Shown: in pieces, positions 1-12,292 of the stretch
How the letters are laid out: each line of letters starts with the position of its first letter
How positions within the stretch are numbered: position 1 is the stretch's first letter
Assembly: GCA_030390025.1 (NCBI GenBank)
Contig: JASTWF010000333.1
Coordinates: forward strand, 62,001 to 126,000
Reading direction: 5' to 3'
DNA from: Squalus acanthias
Lineage: Eukaryota
Length of the DNA: 64,000 bases
Program-made: the position numbers and the translations under genes
The notes under the pieces: model-generated
Told to the model about the DNA's origin: nothing
Seen by the model: only the letters and a program-made list of their open reading frames with translations
Databases searched by the model: none

Positions 1-1790
1 GTCTTAGTTATGGCGCAGGCATGTGGTCGGAAGCTTATTTCAGGGTCAAATATGACACCAAGGTTGTGAACAGTCTGGTTCAGTCTCAGACAGTTGCCAG
101 GGAGAGGGATGGAGTCAGTGGCTAGGGAACGGAGTTTGTGGCAGGGACCGAAAACAATGGCTTCGGTCTTCCCAAAATTTGATTGGAGAAAATTTCTGCT
201 CAACTGGATGTCGGACAAGCAGTCTGACAATTTAGAGACTGTGGAAGGGTCGAGAGAAGTGGTGGTGAGGTAGAGCTGGGTGTCGTCAGCGTACATGTGG
301 AAACTGACGCTGTGTTTTCGGATGATGTCGCCAAGGGGCAGCATGTAGATGAGAAATAGGAGGGGGCCAAGGATAGAACCTTGGGGGACCCCAGAGGTAA
401 TGATGCGGGAGCGGGAAGGGAAGCTGTTGCAGGTGATTCTCAGGCTATGATTAGATAGATAAGAATGGAACCAGGCAAGTGCAGTCCCACCCAGCTGGAT
501 GACGGTGGAGAGGCGTTGGAGAAGGATGGAGTGGTCAATCGTGTCAAAGGCTGCAGACAAGTCAAGAAGGATGAGGAGGGATAGTTTACCTTTGTCACAG
601 TCACAAAGGATGTAATTTGTGACTTTGATGAGAGCCGTTTCAGTACTGTGGCAGGGGCAGAAACCTGATTGGAGGGATTCAAACATGGATTTGCGGGAAA
701 GATGGGCACGAATTTGGGAGGCGACAACACATTCATGGACTTTGGAGAGTAAATGGAGGTTGGAGATGAGGCAGTAGTTTGCAAGGACGGAGGGGTCAAG
801 GTTTGTTTTTTTTGAGGAAAGGGGTGATGATGGCAGATTTGAGGGCGAGGGGGACAGTACCTGAGGAGAGAGAACCATTAACAATGTCAGCTAACATGGG
901 AGCCAGAAAAGGAAGTTGCGTGGTCAGCAGTTTGGTGGGAATAAGGTCGAGGGAGCAGGAAGTGGGTCTCATGGACAAGGTGAGCGCGGAGAGGTCATGA
1001 GGGGAGATCGGAGAGAAACTGGAGAAAGATGTGAGTTCAGGGTTAAGGCAGGGGGAACCTTAGAGCCTGGCTATACCTTCCACTACTTACAGGGAGGGTT
1101 CATTTAAGGGTAAGGTGTCATCACCCCTCAGCCAAGTTTCCTTCAGGGCCATGATGTCGATGCAGTCATCCATGATAAGCTCATAGATGGCAAGGGCCTT
1201 GTTCGCAAGTGAACGGACATTCTAGAGGGAGATGCGGAGAGGGCCGGTGATGGCTGCCCCACTGCCAGCATCCACAGGGTCAGCGCTGGGGGGGATGAGT
1301 TGGACGGGGAGGAGAGTGGCAAGATTTGCCCCTAGTGGACGCGCTGGGTGGGAAGATCGGCAAGAGAGTAGGATGGGACAGTTGGGGTTGCTGCTCGTAA
1401 GGAGACAGTGATGAGTGCCTCGATGGGCCCTTCATAGGATGCCAAGAGAGGCACAGAGGGAAGCTGTAAGCTTATCTAAGAGGGAGGCAAGTCTGGCAGG
1501 AGCGTAGGAAGGTCGAAGATTAATGAAGGATTGGGGTAGGGATTTGGGAGGGCAGAGTATCTGAGAGTGGAGAGATGAAAGGAGGCATGACGACAGGAGG
1601 GAGCAGTTAGGGAGAAATAGCGAGAGAAGGAAAAGGGGGAGAAAAAGTGGAAAAGCAGAGCTGAAAAACCAATAGAACCAGTTCAGCAGAGACACAGCCA
1701 CGGTTTAAGTTACAAAACCTTTTAGTAGCAGAGATAGAGACACAGCAGGTAAATCTTACAGTGTAATCCAGTGTAGTGCAGTGCAGAAAC
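1..1790 (-). mobile_element. Degenerate L2-clade LINE (RT and APE fragments, internally deleted; runs off the window edge)
   Basis: Minus strand reads GVPQGSILGP (~362-391), YADDTQLY (~270-293), SLDLIPTKLL...SAIITPFLKK (796-978) and an APE start NVRSLANKALAIYELIMDDCIDIMALKETW (~1130-1220). Frameshifted; 5' limit approximate. Confidence 0.85.
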
Positions 1791-2742
1791 ATAGTCTAGA
1801 TGTCCAGAGACGTCCAGGAGATCGGAAACCAATTTGACAAAAGAATTCTGCATCATAAGACTTGAAGCGACTGAAGAGCAGAGCAGAGCCACAGCCGCTG
1901 AGTCAAACAGTGTAGTCGAGCAACGAAGTCCTGTTCATGAGGAATCCAGTGATGGAAGTCAAGTTCCGGCATTTGAAAGAGCTCAGTGAGAACAAAGACT
2001 TGCCAGGGGATGGGCAGTGGACTCTGCAGGGGTAGCATTAAACTTGTGGTTTGAACTTGTAGTTTGGGCTGAAATGCCTTCACTATCAGAGGCAGGGTAT
2101 CTTAAGCAATGGAAGAAAGGAGATTGGGGGAAGAAAGGGCAAAGTACGGCAATGGATGACCAAGGATAGTGTTGAAGAGAAGAGCAGCTCAGTAAGGAGC
2201 TGCCAGCCCAGGAGCCACCTTGAACAGCAGATGAAAACAGCAAGAAGTGTTGAAAGTGTTGAAAAGCAATATTACTGCTTCAGAAAGTCTGCAAAACCCA
2301 TTTGCAACAACTTTAAATTGTCTGTTTAATGATTTTGAAAGTGCTGCTCTATGCCAGAATGAATTTCCCATTCAACTTCAACAATGACCATGTTGGAACT
2401 CTCAGAACCAGGATCCTCCACAAAGCTAGGCTTAGTCATACTCAAGGCTGCGCCAATTATCTAGCTGGGCTGGCAATCAAAGCGACTTGAAGAATATTTA
2501 ACTGGCGAATCAGTCAATTATATAGAGGAAAGTAATAATGGAGAACAGCCGTTCCTGGTGAAACACAATTGTTGAGGGTTCACTTGGGATCTCTGACTAC
2601 AGCAGATCTCTGACCTGACAAATTAAGTTGTACATAAACACAGCATGTTATACAGAGGCTGATGTATTTTACTTTGCTTAAATCATTCTAGAATTGTAGG
2701 CATGTTGCTTCTGTTCATGTTTCAAACCCCAAGCTTTAGGAG

Positions 2743-3629
2743 AAAAATGAGAAGTCGCACAACACCAGGTTATAGTCCAACAGTTTTATTTAAAATTACG
2801 AGCTTTTGGAGCTCCGCTCCTTCTTCAGGTAAAGGTACAGTGAGGGAATCTATTACACAGTATATATACACAGAGAACAATTTGTCTGCAGAGATACAAT
2901 CTGTTAGGGAGGCATTACATCAAAGACACATCAGAGTACAGCTAAGACAATGAGGTGGGTCACAGGGGGTCCAACGTGTCAAATGCTGCCGTCTGCAGTT
3001 AAGCTTTTAACTTTTTTTTTGTGTTTTTATTTAAAAACTGGAAAGACAGACAACGATGTCGAGTCACATTCTGTAGCGTGACATGAACCCGAGATTCCTA
3101 TTGAGGCCGTCCTCATGGGTGCGGAACTTGGCTATCAGTTTCTGCTCGATGATTTTGCGTTGTCGTGTGTCTCGAAGGCCACCTTGGAGAACGCTAACCC
3201 GCAGATCCGAGGCTGAATGTCCTTGACTGCTGAAGTGTTCCCCGACTGGGAGGTAAAAATCCTGCCTGGCGATTGTTGCGCGGTGTCCGTTCATACGTTG
3301 TCTCAGTGTCTGCATGGTCTCGCCGATGTACCATGCCGCGGTGCATTCTTTCCTGCAACGTATGAGGGAGACAACGTTGGCCGAGTCACATGAGTATGTA
3401 CCATGTACCTGGTGGGTAGTGTCCTCACGTGTGATGATGGTATCTGTGTTGATGATCTGGCATGTCTTGCAGAGGTTGCCGTGGCAGGGTTGTGTGGTGT
3501 CGTGGTCGCTGTTCTCCTACAAAAGCTACGAAAGCTCGTAATTTTAAATAAAACTGTTGGAGACTATAACCTGGTGTTGTGCGACTTCTCATTTTTGTCC
3601 ACCCCAGTCCAACACCGGCATCTCCGCAT
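2743..3629 (-). mobile_element. 5'-truncated Penelope-like element (GIY-YIG endonuclease 3' part) with inverted pLTR pieces
   Basis: Minus ORF 3064-~3515: PCHGNLCKTCQ...SCDSANVV...WYIGETMQTLRQRMNGHR. Inverted repeat ~2743-2805 vs ~3531-3596. Flanking direct repeat CAAGCTTTAGGAG at 2730-2742 and 3630-3642. Confidence 0.9.
2797..2832 (-). ncRNA. Minimal hammerhead-ribozyme-like motif in the Penelope pLTR (probably mutated)
   Basis: Minus strand CTGAAGA-A-GGAGC-gga-GCTCC-AAAA-GCTC. Stem II pairs perfectly. GAAA reads AAAA here but CGAAAGCTC in the second copy (~3529-3537). Confidence 0.6.
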
Positions 3630-4121
3630 CAAGCTTTAGGAGGTGATCATTTAATAGAATAGCAGGTGGGGTAAATAGATATTGAGGGAGTAATTTGTTT
3701 GCAACGCCTGTTGAAACATTCTAAACAGGAACGTGTAATGACTCATCCGTGGGCTCATTTTGACGTTGTGATATCTTGTGTATTGTGCCTGATGAGCAGT
3801 CTAATAGGATAATGATTCCATTTTACTTCTAATGGATGACCATTTAATTTCACTTCTAATATGATAATCATTCTATTTCACTGGACTTGCTCAATGGTGC
3901 TAATTTTAAACTTGTCCTTTAAAAAGCTATTAAAAATATAATATTCAAAACAGTACAAACCATACAATGATCAGTTGCTGTGGATTATTTTTTTTAATAT
4001 GATTTGTCAATTGGATAGAAGATGAAGAACTTTTAAATGTTATGACATTGAGTGAAAAGTCCTTGACTGTTTCAGTGAGAGTATGCATATTTTGGTATGA
4101 CTTTAGCTTTTAAATTTATAA

Positions 4122-7100
4122 GGGCAAATTTTCAGAGACTCTAACCCCAACTTTAACACAAAAGCAAAATACTGCCGATGCTGGAATTTAACCCCGAGTT
4201 TAACCCTGGCCGCCCAACAGGAATGGAGCAAGTAGGTGGTTAAAATAGCAGGAGAGTACTTAGCGCTACGTTTCTGGCACGCTCCCACCTGTCGCCATTT
4301 TAACTGCACACTTTTTGAAAGCAGCTGAGATGAACAGCAGCAGCAACAGCAGCCTCCGCAACCTGCAGCAGTAGCTTGTCTTATCGGAAGTTAGCAGGTA
4401 AGGGATACAATATGCTCCATGGAGAGTCTGCTGTATTGCAGTGGTGGGCTGCATACTGCATAACGTTGCCATACAGAAAGGTCTGCATTTGGAGGAGGCA
4501 CAGCCGCAGCAGGGGCCCTCATCAGATGAGGAAGAGCAGGGGGAAGGCAAGGAAGCAGCAGAAGAAGGAGGGTCACCTCAACGCCTTGCAGCAAGAGGTG
4601 TGAGGGATCAGCTAATTGCTCAGCGATTCCATTGACCTACTCATTCCCCTGCCCTGAGAACTTACACAGAGCCCCTCGGCATTAACAGTCCTTGTTACAT
4701 CCTTCACCACTCCCTTCATCCTGCATTGAAGAACATTCAGACAAGCTCTATATCAATGACATACTGACAATGTAGACTCAGAAGCAGCTATTAAACCGCT
4801 CTGAAGACCAACATACCATCTATGATAAAGGTGATGAATTTAATGACAAACATAATAATTGCCTTCCATTCATTGCTCACCCAAGTGATCAACCCACAGT
4901 GCTATTTTTAAAAGTGGGTTTACTAACTCTGGTGCTCCTATGAGTTGCTCCCCTAGTGACCTCAGCAAAGCTTGTAGAGGGCTGCTGTTCTTCATGTTGA
5001 GACTCTCTTGAGATGTTCGTGGCCCATGACTTCTGGGTGCTCAAGCCTCTGAGAGGCCGTCTACAGACAGCTGCACCGTCGGGGCAATCTGGACCAGCTG
5101 GATTTCTGGCACCATGGTGGGTATTGGTTGAGGGGGTGGAAAAGGAGCAGATGTGTTGACATCCTGAGAGAGGGTAACATGTACCACTCTTATCTTGCCA
5201 TTGCCATATCCATGGCGCTGGTACTCATCACTTCCACTGATCTGTGGGAGAGCAGACTGTGTGAAAGCTCCTAATATTCGGTCCACCAATCTGTCCAAGG
5301 TGGACATCTGTCTCTCCAAGGTGGAGTCCAGAGCCTGTATGGCCACCATTTGAGCTTCCAACAAAGCTCCAAAGGCTGATAACATGCCTTTGCGAGGTGG
5401 CCATGCTCTGCAGGGTTGACTGCTGGGTGCAGATGCCATATGAGGTGGCATCACACAGACTGGAAGTGGACTCCTCCACACTCAGCCATAGAGCTGAAAC
5501 TCCTTGGCAGGCTTTCCAATAACTCATACAACTGCTTGTGTGAGGCCTGCAGTTTTCTTTTAATAGTTGGTTCCCTGCAGTCCTCACTTCTATCCCGCTC
5601 AGTAGAGCTGGGAGAGGACCTCGCACTCCAGTGAGCTCTCTCCTCGGCTGTCCCTGCCACCAAGATCTGCTGCTGCTCACTGGTGCTGAGTATTTCATCA
5701 CATGCACACCTCTCTGCCTCACTATCTAACCCACGTGGAGTACCAGTGTCTGAGCTGGTGCCTGGGAGGGATGAACTGGCTGACGATCTATCTTCATGAG
5801 GATTGTCCTCCTCTGAGGTGTCTTCTCCAAAAGCCTCCAGAAGGACTTAGAGAAAAAAGGATGGCACATGCAAGCTGGTCATTTGAAGGTGACAGTCTTG
5901 AGAATGTGGTTTAAAGTTGTGAAGATTGCTGAATATTTTCTGAGGTGAATGAAGGGTGGCAAGTAATAGGCAGACACCCTGCTCAGTTAAGCCACCAGTC
6001 TTGCCTTCCCTGATGCTTATGGCTCTGTCTGGGCCACAGATCGCCAGGATTTCTTGCTCTGGTTGTGTGAGGGCGATGATGTTGGATATTCCTTCCCGCG
6101 CCCCCCCCCACCACCCTTCTCATCTTGGTCTTCTCTCTTGCAATATGTGCTGTCTTGTCCTACAGAAAAGGTAAGTGGAGATGTGCGGGGCTTGTGCAGA
6201 TAGTGCATGTGGTGAGAGGTGGGGAAGAAGTAAGATGGAATGAGAATGGAGAGGTGATGGATGTAAAGCCAAGTGTGTGGAATGTGGTGAGGAAGGAATG
6301 CTGGGAGGAGTTGGTGGTTATGCAAGTGCTGAGATGTGGGAAGAGAATGTGATGTGAAGAGAGCAAAGGAAGAGGTGATTGTGCTTGGAATGAGAAAGAG
6401 AGGTGTTGTAGTGTGTCTCTGTAGTTGTATGAATGTGATGGAGAGGAGAGAATTGTTAAGAATGTTGGGGGAAGGAATGAAAGGAGTGTTGGCAGGTGCT
6501 GTTGAGAGAAGTGGAGAGGAAAGAGGTGTACTCACCATTGCTGCTCTTGTGAGGTCATTGACTCTCTTCCTACATTGAACCTATGTCCAGGGGGTGATGT
6601 TGGTCCACAGAGCCTACCCACCTGCTTCCTCTCTCACCACTCAGTCACTGCTACCATGTCTCTTCTCCCAGCAGCACACTTAGAGAATCTACACCTAGTA
6701 AGAAGACTAGGAGTGTGTCGGATAACACTCTCAAACTATACTGTAGAGAGCGTGAAAGGGAATGGCAGCAACTGCAGTCAGAGAAAGAGACAAGCAATGA
6801 GCACAAGGTATCTGAAGTAGACACATTGGAGCCCATATGCTGCCAGTGACAGTGAAAGTGACAGCAACCTTAATCTATTTTGCCTCAGCTTTTTCCAGGG
6901 TGCCTTTAGGAACATCAGCAAGTCTTTGGTGTACCGATGCCTAAAGTAGGTGATTGATACATTGTTTGCCAGAGCAAGCAATCACACAAATTTCTCGATG
7001 TCAACAAGAGGCAGCTTCCATTCATTTAGTGTTCTGCTTCTGAGTGACCATCTGCACTGGATAATTTATGTGAATGTGAACTTTCCCAACAGCAGACATG

Positions 7101-7720
7101 ACACTTTATGGTGGTCCACCCTGCACCCATTATTTGCTGAGAACCAGCAAGTCAAGGGTGGGACCCTGGCAGCTACCTGATCATTCATGAGAGATGTAAA
7201 AGACTGGCATTAGGGTCTCTGCCATGTGCAGCTGCACTGCAGATGTCCCTGTAGGTACCAAGCACTCCAAGGTGTGCATCAGAACCCCATTCGTGCACTA
7301 GCTGCCATTTGGGGGAAAATTAACTCCTGGGCACATCCCAATGACTCTCACAATCTGTCATGCTCTGTAAGCATCCTACTTTTAAAAGCTGGGCCTGGAG
7401 ATCAGAACCCTTGCTCTCATCACCTGTGGCTGGAAGCCAGATGACTCTCCAGCCAGCTGCTTCCTGCTCCTCCAGTGCCACCTCCACCTTCACCTGCTCA
7501 CACAATGCGCTGTCGTGAACTTCACCTGGGGTGGAGGTACTAGTGCTGATGCTTGCAAGAGTGACTGGGTGTCATGTGAGGTGCATGGTGGCTCCTGATC
7601 ACTGACCCCCACTCTGCTTCTTCTGCCATACCTACAGACACAGAAAGAAAAATAGTGTAACCAACTGATCCTCATTCTAACTTGGCGCCAACATCATTTG
7701 CCAAAGTAATGGCATGGAGC
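4122..7720. mobile_element. Old rearranged PIF/Harbinger remnants (transposase and Myb/SANT gene fragments)
   Basis: + strand transposase C-terminus GCILHNVAIQKG...RDQLIAQRFH (4441-4635). Minus-strand Myb exons VQCRKRVNDLTRAAM|gtgagt (ends 6536) and tag|DKTAHIAREK (starts 6159). + strand transposase N-terminal piece (VIDTLFARASNHTNF, ~6850-7000). Ends uncertain. Confidence 0.7.
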
Positions 7721-8190
7721 TGCTGTTCAATGAAGGCTTGGTGTCAGTGATAGCGTGACTGAATAGGCTGGAGAGTGAAGGGAGTACAAGTGTCATGCTT
7801 CATGTTTCCTCATCTCCTGCTTCCTCTTCCCAGTAAAGGCCCTCTATTTGGAGGGATTGCTCCTCAAAAGTGGGGGGAGGATGCAGCTTGGCCTGTTCTC
7901 CTCCCACAGTTTTCCTCAATCTTTTGTTATGTACTGCTTTATTCTACAAAAACAAAGGCATGCATTAGGAACAGGAGTCGGCCATTCAGCCCCTCGAGCC
8001 AGTTCTGCCATTCAATAAGATCATGGCTGATCTGTATCCGAACTCCATCCACCCGCCTTGCCTTCATATCCCTTAATACCTTTGTCTAGCAAAAAATGGA
8101 TCGATCTCAGATTTAAAATTATTAATTGAGCTAGCATCTACTGCTTTTTGTGGGAGCGTTCCACACTTCTACCCCACTTTGTGTAAAGAA

Positions 8191-10921
8191 GGCCGCAATT
8201 TTGCCGGCGCTCAGAGGGCGGGATTGGAGGCAGGTCAGAAATTAAATTCGCAATGATTGACGGCGGGTTCCGAACCCGCCATGATCCCACCTCCACGCAA
8301 ATTTCCCGAGTGTCGAGTCTCCGATTTGCAAACAGACCCGACACCAAGCAGCGGGAAATGGATTAAAGGCACTTAAATGCCTATTAAGTGGTAGTTTGGG
8401 ATTTTCCAGCTTCTGGGTCGGGTTTCACGACGTTCCGACAACATGCCAGGTAAGTGTGGCGTGAACACCAGCGAGCTGGAGACTTCACAGCTGCAACTGC
8501 AGTGTAAAAGCTGCACTCTCAAATCTTGTCATTTAGAAATCTGTGAGGTTGGTGATTGAATAATTTGGGGGCATAATCTGTATTTAGGCTGCAAGTATGT
8601 GTTGTGCACAATAGAGCCATTGTAACCTACATTGCTGGATTTTAAAGGCACACTTACCCTAAACTGTGCCACCTCAAATTGTCAGCACACAGCTGGCAAC
8701 GATGCCAAACCTTCGTTCTACATCAATTTATTACAATATTGTCAAAGAACAGAAACTTTACAAATAAAGCTATCATAACACCCAAGTGAGAACCCTTATG
8801 ATTATTAATGTGACATCTTCCTCTGACACGTGCTTCTACGTTGTGAGACCCTTGTGTCTTCAGCATATGTGAAGGCAGCCTGCTCACTTCCCTGCTGCTC
8901 CTGCTTAGACGCCTTTGGCGGCCGTCCTCTGGTTTTGCGAGCCTTGGAGGGCCCCGCCAAAGTCTGCTCCTCCTGCAGCTGTGCAGGGGCAGACTTGGCC
9001 ATCTCTGTTGGCTCAGGCAGATGTGGCTCTGACCGAGGGCTCGGCAGTGGCAAGGGAGTTTGAGCGCTTGGAGAGGAGACCCCACTTCCTTGTGCTCGAA
9101 CACCACCATCCCTCTCATGGGTCACCCGCACTTCACTGCTAGCAAGTTGCTGGAGAGCACCTTGCTGCACATTGGTGGGGCCATGTGGACCCGTCTCTGT
9201 ACTGACAGTCCTCATAACAGGGACGTCCATGTGCCTCTGGTTCCTCTCCACGATAGATGGCCTTCTATTCTCCATAGCTGACCATCTATCTAGAAGAGCC
9301 ACCATGTTGGCTTGTGTCTGGTGAGTTCGGTCCTCCATGGAGGTTGCCATCCTTTCCATGGCGGCACCTAGATTGCCCATAGCATTCACCACGGCATTGC
9401 TAATGTTTAAGATGGATTCCTCCATTCTCTGCACACCCACAGTGACTATGGAAGCAAACCCAGTCAGAGCCTCCTGCACTTATTCCTGACGCTCCAGCAC
9501 CGCTCTCTTTCTGGATGGCCCCAGGGGCACAGCGTCTACATGCAGCTGAGCAGAGCTAGGACAGCCCTGCGTCCTCCAACGAGGACTCTCCACTGCTGTC
9601 CCTGTCTCCAACATCTGCTCCTGCTCACTTGTGAGCTGTGATACACCAGGTAACAACACTACTCTATCTCGCAAAAAACCCAATGAGGTGTGCGTCTCTG
9701 CGCTGGTGCTGGGTGCGTTGAATGCTGGGGACGCTGCTCCCTCAGAGGCTGGTGGTTCCTCTGAGGAGTGCTACTGCTCTTCCTCCTGGACAGTGGAGAG
9801 CGGGGCTCTTGGTGGTCCTGTGGGGGAGTAAAGGCATGAGTTAGACAAGTGAAGTGTATGTTGCAGACATTGTGCAGATGCTTAGCACTCAAACTCTATG
9901 AGCATCATATCCCATATTAGTCACTCATGAATGCTTAATCAGAGGGTTGGAAATCAATTCTGTCACCAGCTTGCTCTTCTACACCCGTCTCTCCGTCCCC
10001 CACTTCCAGCTCCTCTGCACCTCCGATGATCTCCAGGGCTACCTCCTCAGTGCTTGTTAGGTGCGTCAGGGATGGTGGGCCTCCTCCTGTTCTCACCCTC
10101 TCCCTTTTATTGTGGGCTCTCTTCTCCTGTAATGAGGGACGCAAGTGGAGTTTGAGAGAGATTGATGGAGTGAGTGTAAAGAATGGATGACATAAATGTT
10201 TAGAGGGAGACTATGAAGGAGTGAGGTGCACAAACCAAGTTCCCTCCCTGTGCGTTGTTAGTTGTTGGAATTGCATAAGAGTGTGAGTGGTGCATAGTAA
10301 GATGGTGATGTGATTCTGTACAGAGAAAGAGAGGGATGGGTGAGGGTGCAAGGGATGTTAGAGTGAGTTGCGATGTGTAGGGGAAGGTTGCCAATGCAGA
10401 GCGATGGGGATGAGAAGAGATGGGAGACAGATGGAAGGCAAGTGTGATGTTATACTCACTTTTACTGATCGCAACAGATCATTAAACCTCTTGCGACACT
10501 GCACCCAGGTGCGTATGTAGACCAACCTCGAACTGACCTCCTCAGCAATTTGCAGCCAAGCTGGTATGCTGAGGAGGCCTTCTCCATCTGTCTTCAGGGA
10601 AGAGGACCTCCTTACATCCTCTTACTCCCTCCACAAGAACATGGAGAGAGTCCACATCGAAGCGGGGAGCAGCCTTAGGTTTTTGCGCTGTCATACCTTC
10701 AGGGAACAAAATGGAAATGAATCTGCAGAGGGGACATGGCCCCTTTAAATAATCAGTCCAAAATCGCTTCATCAGATGCGAGCAGCTGACCTGCACCCAG
10801 TAATTGCCTTGGAGAACCCGCAAGTCGGCCTTAACGAGGCCAATCAACGGAAAATTTCAACTGCAGGGCGGCGGGACAGCGAACCCGCCGCCATTCCACC
10901 TCCAGGTGCAAAATCGCAGCC
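8191..10921 (-). mobile_element. Non-autonomous Harbinger carrying only the Myb/SANT gene (2.73 kb)
   Basis: TIRs GGCCGCAATTTTGC / GCAAAATCGCAGCC; 3-bp TSD GAA (8188-8190, 10922-10924); no transposase motifs seen inside. Confidence 0.9.
8805..10694 (-). pseudogene. Three-exon Harbinger Myb/SANT-like DNA-binding protein pseudogene (exons 10694-10460, 10126-9967, 9817-8805)
   Basis: MTAQKPKAAPRF...AWLQIAEEV...TWVQCRKRFNDLLRSVK|gt...cag|EKRAHNKRERVRTGGGPP. Canonical GT-AG junctions in compatible phases; one frameshift in exon 1 and two in-frame stops in exon 3. Confidence 0.85.
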
Positions 10922-11002
10922 GAAGTGTTTCTTAAATGGCCTGGCTCTGATTTTAAGGTTGTGTCCCCTTGTCCTAAAATCCCCCACCAGCAGAAAAAGA
11001 TT

Positions 11003-11891
11003 GGGGGAAAACTTGGATAAGACTTGAAATTGGGTGTGGAGATTGCGGTGCCTGATTAACCCACGGTCGTTCATAGCATTGCAGACAGCAAGTTACATTG
11101 GTGCTGCCTGCTCTTTTAAATTATTTCTGCGTGCAGCCAGCGCTATCCGCGCTGGTCATTGGCTGCACGCATCAGCAAGGGTCCCGATACCACGTGTGTC
11201 TAGCACTATTTAAAGGCAGCCTGCACCTCTTAAAGGGGAGGTGCATTGTGGCTGCAAGAAGTGATGGGAGTTTTTTCAAAACTGAATCAGTGCTGTGATA
11301 CGTTGAGGAATGGCTAAACATGCGAGAGAGCGAGCACCAAGGTTTCCAGACACTGCACTGAAGGCTTTGGTGGAAGAGATGGAAAGGAGGAGGGACGTCC
11401 TGTATCCGCAGTGGGGTAGGAAGCCCTTCAGACAGATGCTCAGGAGGCAGTAGGAACAAGTTACGGCGGAAGTTAATGCCAGGAGTGCTGCTCAAAGAAC
11501 ATGGATGCAGTGCAGGAAGAAGTTTAATGATCTCCACACAAGTTGTCAAGGTGAGTGACTTCATCTTCAAATGGCATATCCTACCAGCTGCACCACTAGC
11601 CTCAGCCACTGCTCAATCCACTGCACCCCCATCACCCATCTACCAACAATCTCTATCAATCAGGACTCAACCCTAACATTCATATACTTCACCTCACACA
11701 CTTAGCACTGTTGCAAGCCTCACACCCACAACTCACAGCTCACACACACTGGCAACTATTCAACCATGACAGCCATATCACCCAAGCAGATTGCACCACA
11801 CTCACTGACATGCTTCCCTCTTTCTTGCAGGAGAGGGTGGTGCATAACAGCAGGCAGCAGCAAATAACTGGAGGAGGACAAGTGTGTCTGC
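11003..11891 (+). mobile_element. Harbinger A, left part (TIR, Myb exon 1 at 11310-11550, start of exon 2 at 11831-11891)
   Basis: TIR GGGGGAAAACTTGG at 11003; MAKHARERAPRFPDTALKALVEE...RTWMQCRKKFNDL|gtgagt; cag|ERVVHNSRQQQITGGGQVCL. Confidence 0.85.
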
Positions 11892-11911
11892 GGCCTAGAA
11901 ATTGGAAAGCG

Positions 11912-12292
11912 CAAAAATACAAGGGGGTAGAAGTTATGCTACAGCTATACAAAGCCTTGGTTGGACCACACCTGGAGTACTGTGTGCAGCTCTGGCCACC
12001 ACACCTCAGGAAGGATATATTGGCCTTGCAGGAAGTGCAGTGTAGGTTTACCAGAATGATATCCAGACTCCAGGGGTTAAATTACGAGGAGAGATTACAC
12101 AAATTAGGGTTGTATTCCCTGGAATTTAGGAGGATAAGTGGTGATTTGATCGAAGTTTTCAAGATATTAAGGGGAACAGGTATGGTAGAGAGAAACTATT
12201 TCTGCTGGTTGGGGATTGTGGATTAAGGGGCATAGTCTAAAAATTAGAGCCAGACCGTTCAGGTTTGAAATTAGGAAACACTTCTACAGGCA
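11912..12292 (+). mobile_element. CR1 LINE ORF2 3' fragment
   Basis: YKGVEVMLQLYKALVGPHLEYCVQLW...EERLHKLGLYSLEFRR; typical CR1 C-terminal region. Confidence 0.9.

Larger units (their letters stand above)
7965..11002 (-). mobile_element. CR1 LINE 3' end split by Harbinger insertions (pieces 7965-8190 and 10922-11002; continues inverted at ~20630-20828)
   Basis: Same 3' UTR as other CR1 copies (ggccattcagcccctcgagcc); minus strand GDFRTRGHNLKIRARPFK. Confidence 0.8.

Noticed and set aside
11711..12226. Apparent Myb-CR1 fusion protein
   Set aside because: Chance in-frame junction of intron, exon piece, TIR and CR1; upstream exon 1 has a stop and a frameshift.
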